Assembly (NCBI GenBank): GCA_028694645.1 | Contig: JAQVKM010000004.1 | Span: forward strand, 210-64,209 | Length of the DNA: 64,000 bases | Origin: Bacilli bacterium | GTDB taxonomy: Bacteria > Bacillota_I > Bacilli_A > RF39 > UBA660 | Direction of reading: 5' to 3' | Shown: in pieces, positions 62,884 through 64,000 of the stretch | Numbering within the stretch: the stretch's first letter is position 1 | How the letters are laid out: the number at the start of each line of letters is the position of its first letter | Notes under the pieces: generated by a model | Database searches by the model: none | Seen by the model: the letters and a program-made list of their open reading frames with translations, nothing else | Told to the model about the DNA's origin: nothing | Position numbers and translations under genes: made by a program

Positions 62884-63798
62884 ATGTCATTTACTAGTAC
62901 AGTAAAAAATGAAGTAAGTAAATTAGAAACAATTGAAACAGAAAGAATAACAGAATTATCAGCAATTATTAAAAATATTGGCATAATAGATAATTCTATT
63001 AAAATAGTAAGTGAAAATGCTTCAGTAGCTAGAAGAATATTTAATTTAATAAAATCAACATATTATATTTCTCCTAAAATAACAGTAAGAAGAGGATATA
63101 ATTTTAATAAGAATTATATATATTTGTTAGAAATTGATAAAAAAATTGAACTAATTAAACAAGATTTATCTCTTGATTCAAATGTACCTAAAGAATATAT
63201 ATATAATGATGATGATTTGATGAGATCATATTTGCGAGGATTGTTTTTAAGCGTTGGAAGTATTAATGACCCTAAAAAATCTAGATATCACTTGGAATTT
63301 TTAGTAAATAATATAGAGTACGCTAATTTCATATCATATTTACTTAACCAATTTGAACTTAATAGCAAGGTTTTAAAAAGAGAAAATAAATTTATGATTT
63401 ATATAAAAGAAGCAGAAAAAATAGGGGACTTTTTAAGAATAATACGAGCTATAAGTGCTGTTTTTTACTACGAAGATATTAGAATATATCGTGATCATAA
63501 AAATATGACAAATAGACTTAATAATTGTGAGCAAGCTAATGTAGATAAAATAATAGAAACAGCAACCAATCAAATAAGAGATATCGAAATAATTAAAACT
63601 ATAGGCGGATTGGATTTGCTAGATGAAAAAACTAAAGAAGCTGCAATATATCGCTTGAAATACCCTGAATCTTCTTTAACAGAATTAAGTGAAATAATAA
63701 CAATAGAAACAAATAAATTGATAACTAAATCAGGATTATATCATAGATTTAAAAAAATACAATTGCTGGCCAATAAAATTAACAATAATAATCAATAA
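62884..63798 (+). CDS. whiA: Cell division/sporulation transcription regulator WhiA
   Basis: 304 aa with LAGLIDADG-like N-domains (LRGLFLSVGSIND) and C-terminal HTH. It follows yvcK as in Bacillota. A terminator ATAATCA-AAA-TGATTAT plus T8 lies at 63800..63826. Confidence 0.85.
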   Translation: MSFTSTVKNEVSKLETIETERITELSAIIKNIGIIDNSIKIVSENASVARRIFNLIKSTYYISPKITVRRGYNFNKNYIYLLEIDKKIELIKQDLSLDSNVPKEYIYNDDDLMRSYLRGLFLSVGSINDPKKSRYHLEFLVNNIEYANFISYLLNQFELNSKVLKRENKFMIYIKEAEKIGDFLRIIRAISAVFYYEDIRIYRDHKNMTNRLNNCEQANVDKIIETATNQIRDIEIIKTIGGLDLLDEKTKEAAIYRLKYPESSLTELSEIITIETNKLITKSGLYHRFKKIQLLANKINNNNQ

Positions 63799-63893
63799 GG
63801 ATAATCAAAATGATTATTTTTTTTGATTTTAATTAAAGACATAAATTAAAATATATAGTATAATAATAGATACAAGGTTTCAAAGGTGATAAT

Positions 63894-64000
63894 ATGAAAG
63901 TAATATTTATAAAAGATGTCAAAGGACAAGGTAAAAAAAATGAAATTAAAGAAGTTAAAGATGGATATGGGCAAAACTTCTTAATTAAAAATGGATATGC
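63894..64000 (+). CDS. rplI: 50S ribosomal protein L9 (first 35 codons; continues beyond window)
   Basis: [36 protein letters not shown] matches the L9 N-domain. An AAAGGTGAT RBS precedes it. Confidence 0.8.
   Translation, partial: MKVIFIKDVKGQGKKNEIKEVKDGYGQNFLIKNGY

Overview
This is a very AT-rich (about 27% GC) window spanning a chromosomal replication origin of a low-GC Bacillota/Mycoplasmatota-type genome. It uses translation table 11: TGA acts as a stop codon (for example at the end of rplP) and TGG encodes Trp. The origin sits between the divergent dnaA (28946..30298, minus) and rpmH (30716..30838, plus). Left of it, on the minus strand, lie dnaA-dnaN-(ComK-like)-recF-gyrB-gyrA, three tandem parS sites, a small SRP RNA, tadA-dnaX-ebfC-recR-bofA-like-holB-ricT-yabB-rsmI-pth-mfd, a T-box leader with dut-metG, tatD, a YabE-like gene, ksgA, soj-spo0J, mscS and an AbgT-family transporter gene that runs off the window edge. 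Right of it, on the plus strand, lie rpmH-rnpA-yidC-jag-(HD protein)-mnmE-mnmG-rsmG, a Noc-like paralogue, an AGCS transporter, ung, tilS and ftsH. These are followed by the S10-spc-alpha ribosomal operons from rpsJ to rplQ, with secY, adk, map, infA, rpmJ and rpoA; L30 is absent and S14 is type Z. The last part is a small accessory stretch (membrane protein, SDR, pilin-like gene, ZIP transporter) and then yvcK-whiA and the start of rplI. Many gene neighbourhoods match the Bacillus subtilis origin region but are rearranged. The features most worth a second look are a ComK-family regulator inside the oriC region, a Noc paralogue with a roughly 235-aa low-complexity insertion and an NBS-like operator in its own promoter, a triple parS array, and an orphan type IV pilin-like gene. 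I found no CRISPR array, no obvious mobile element and no defence operon. All calls come from reading the sequence and ORF translations against remembered family signatures; no database search was run.
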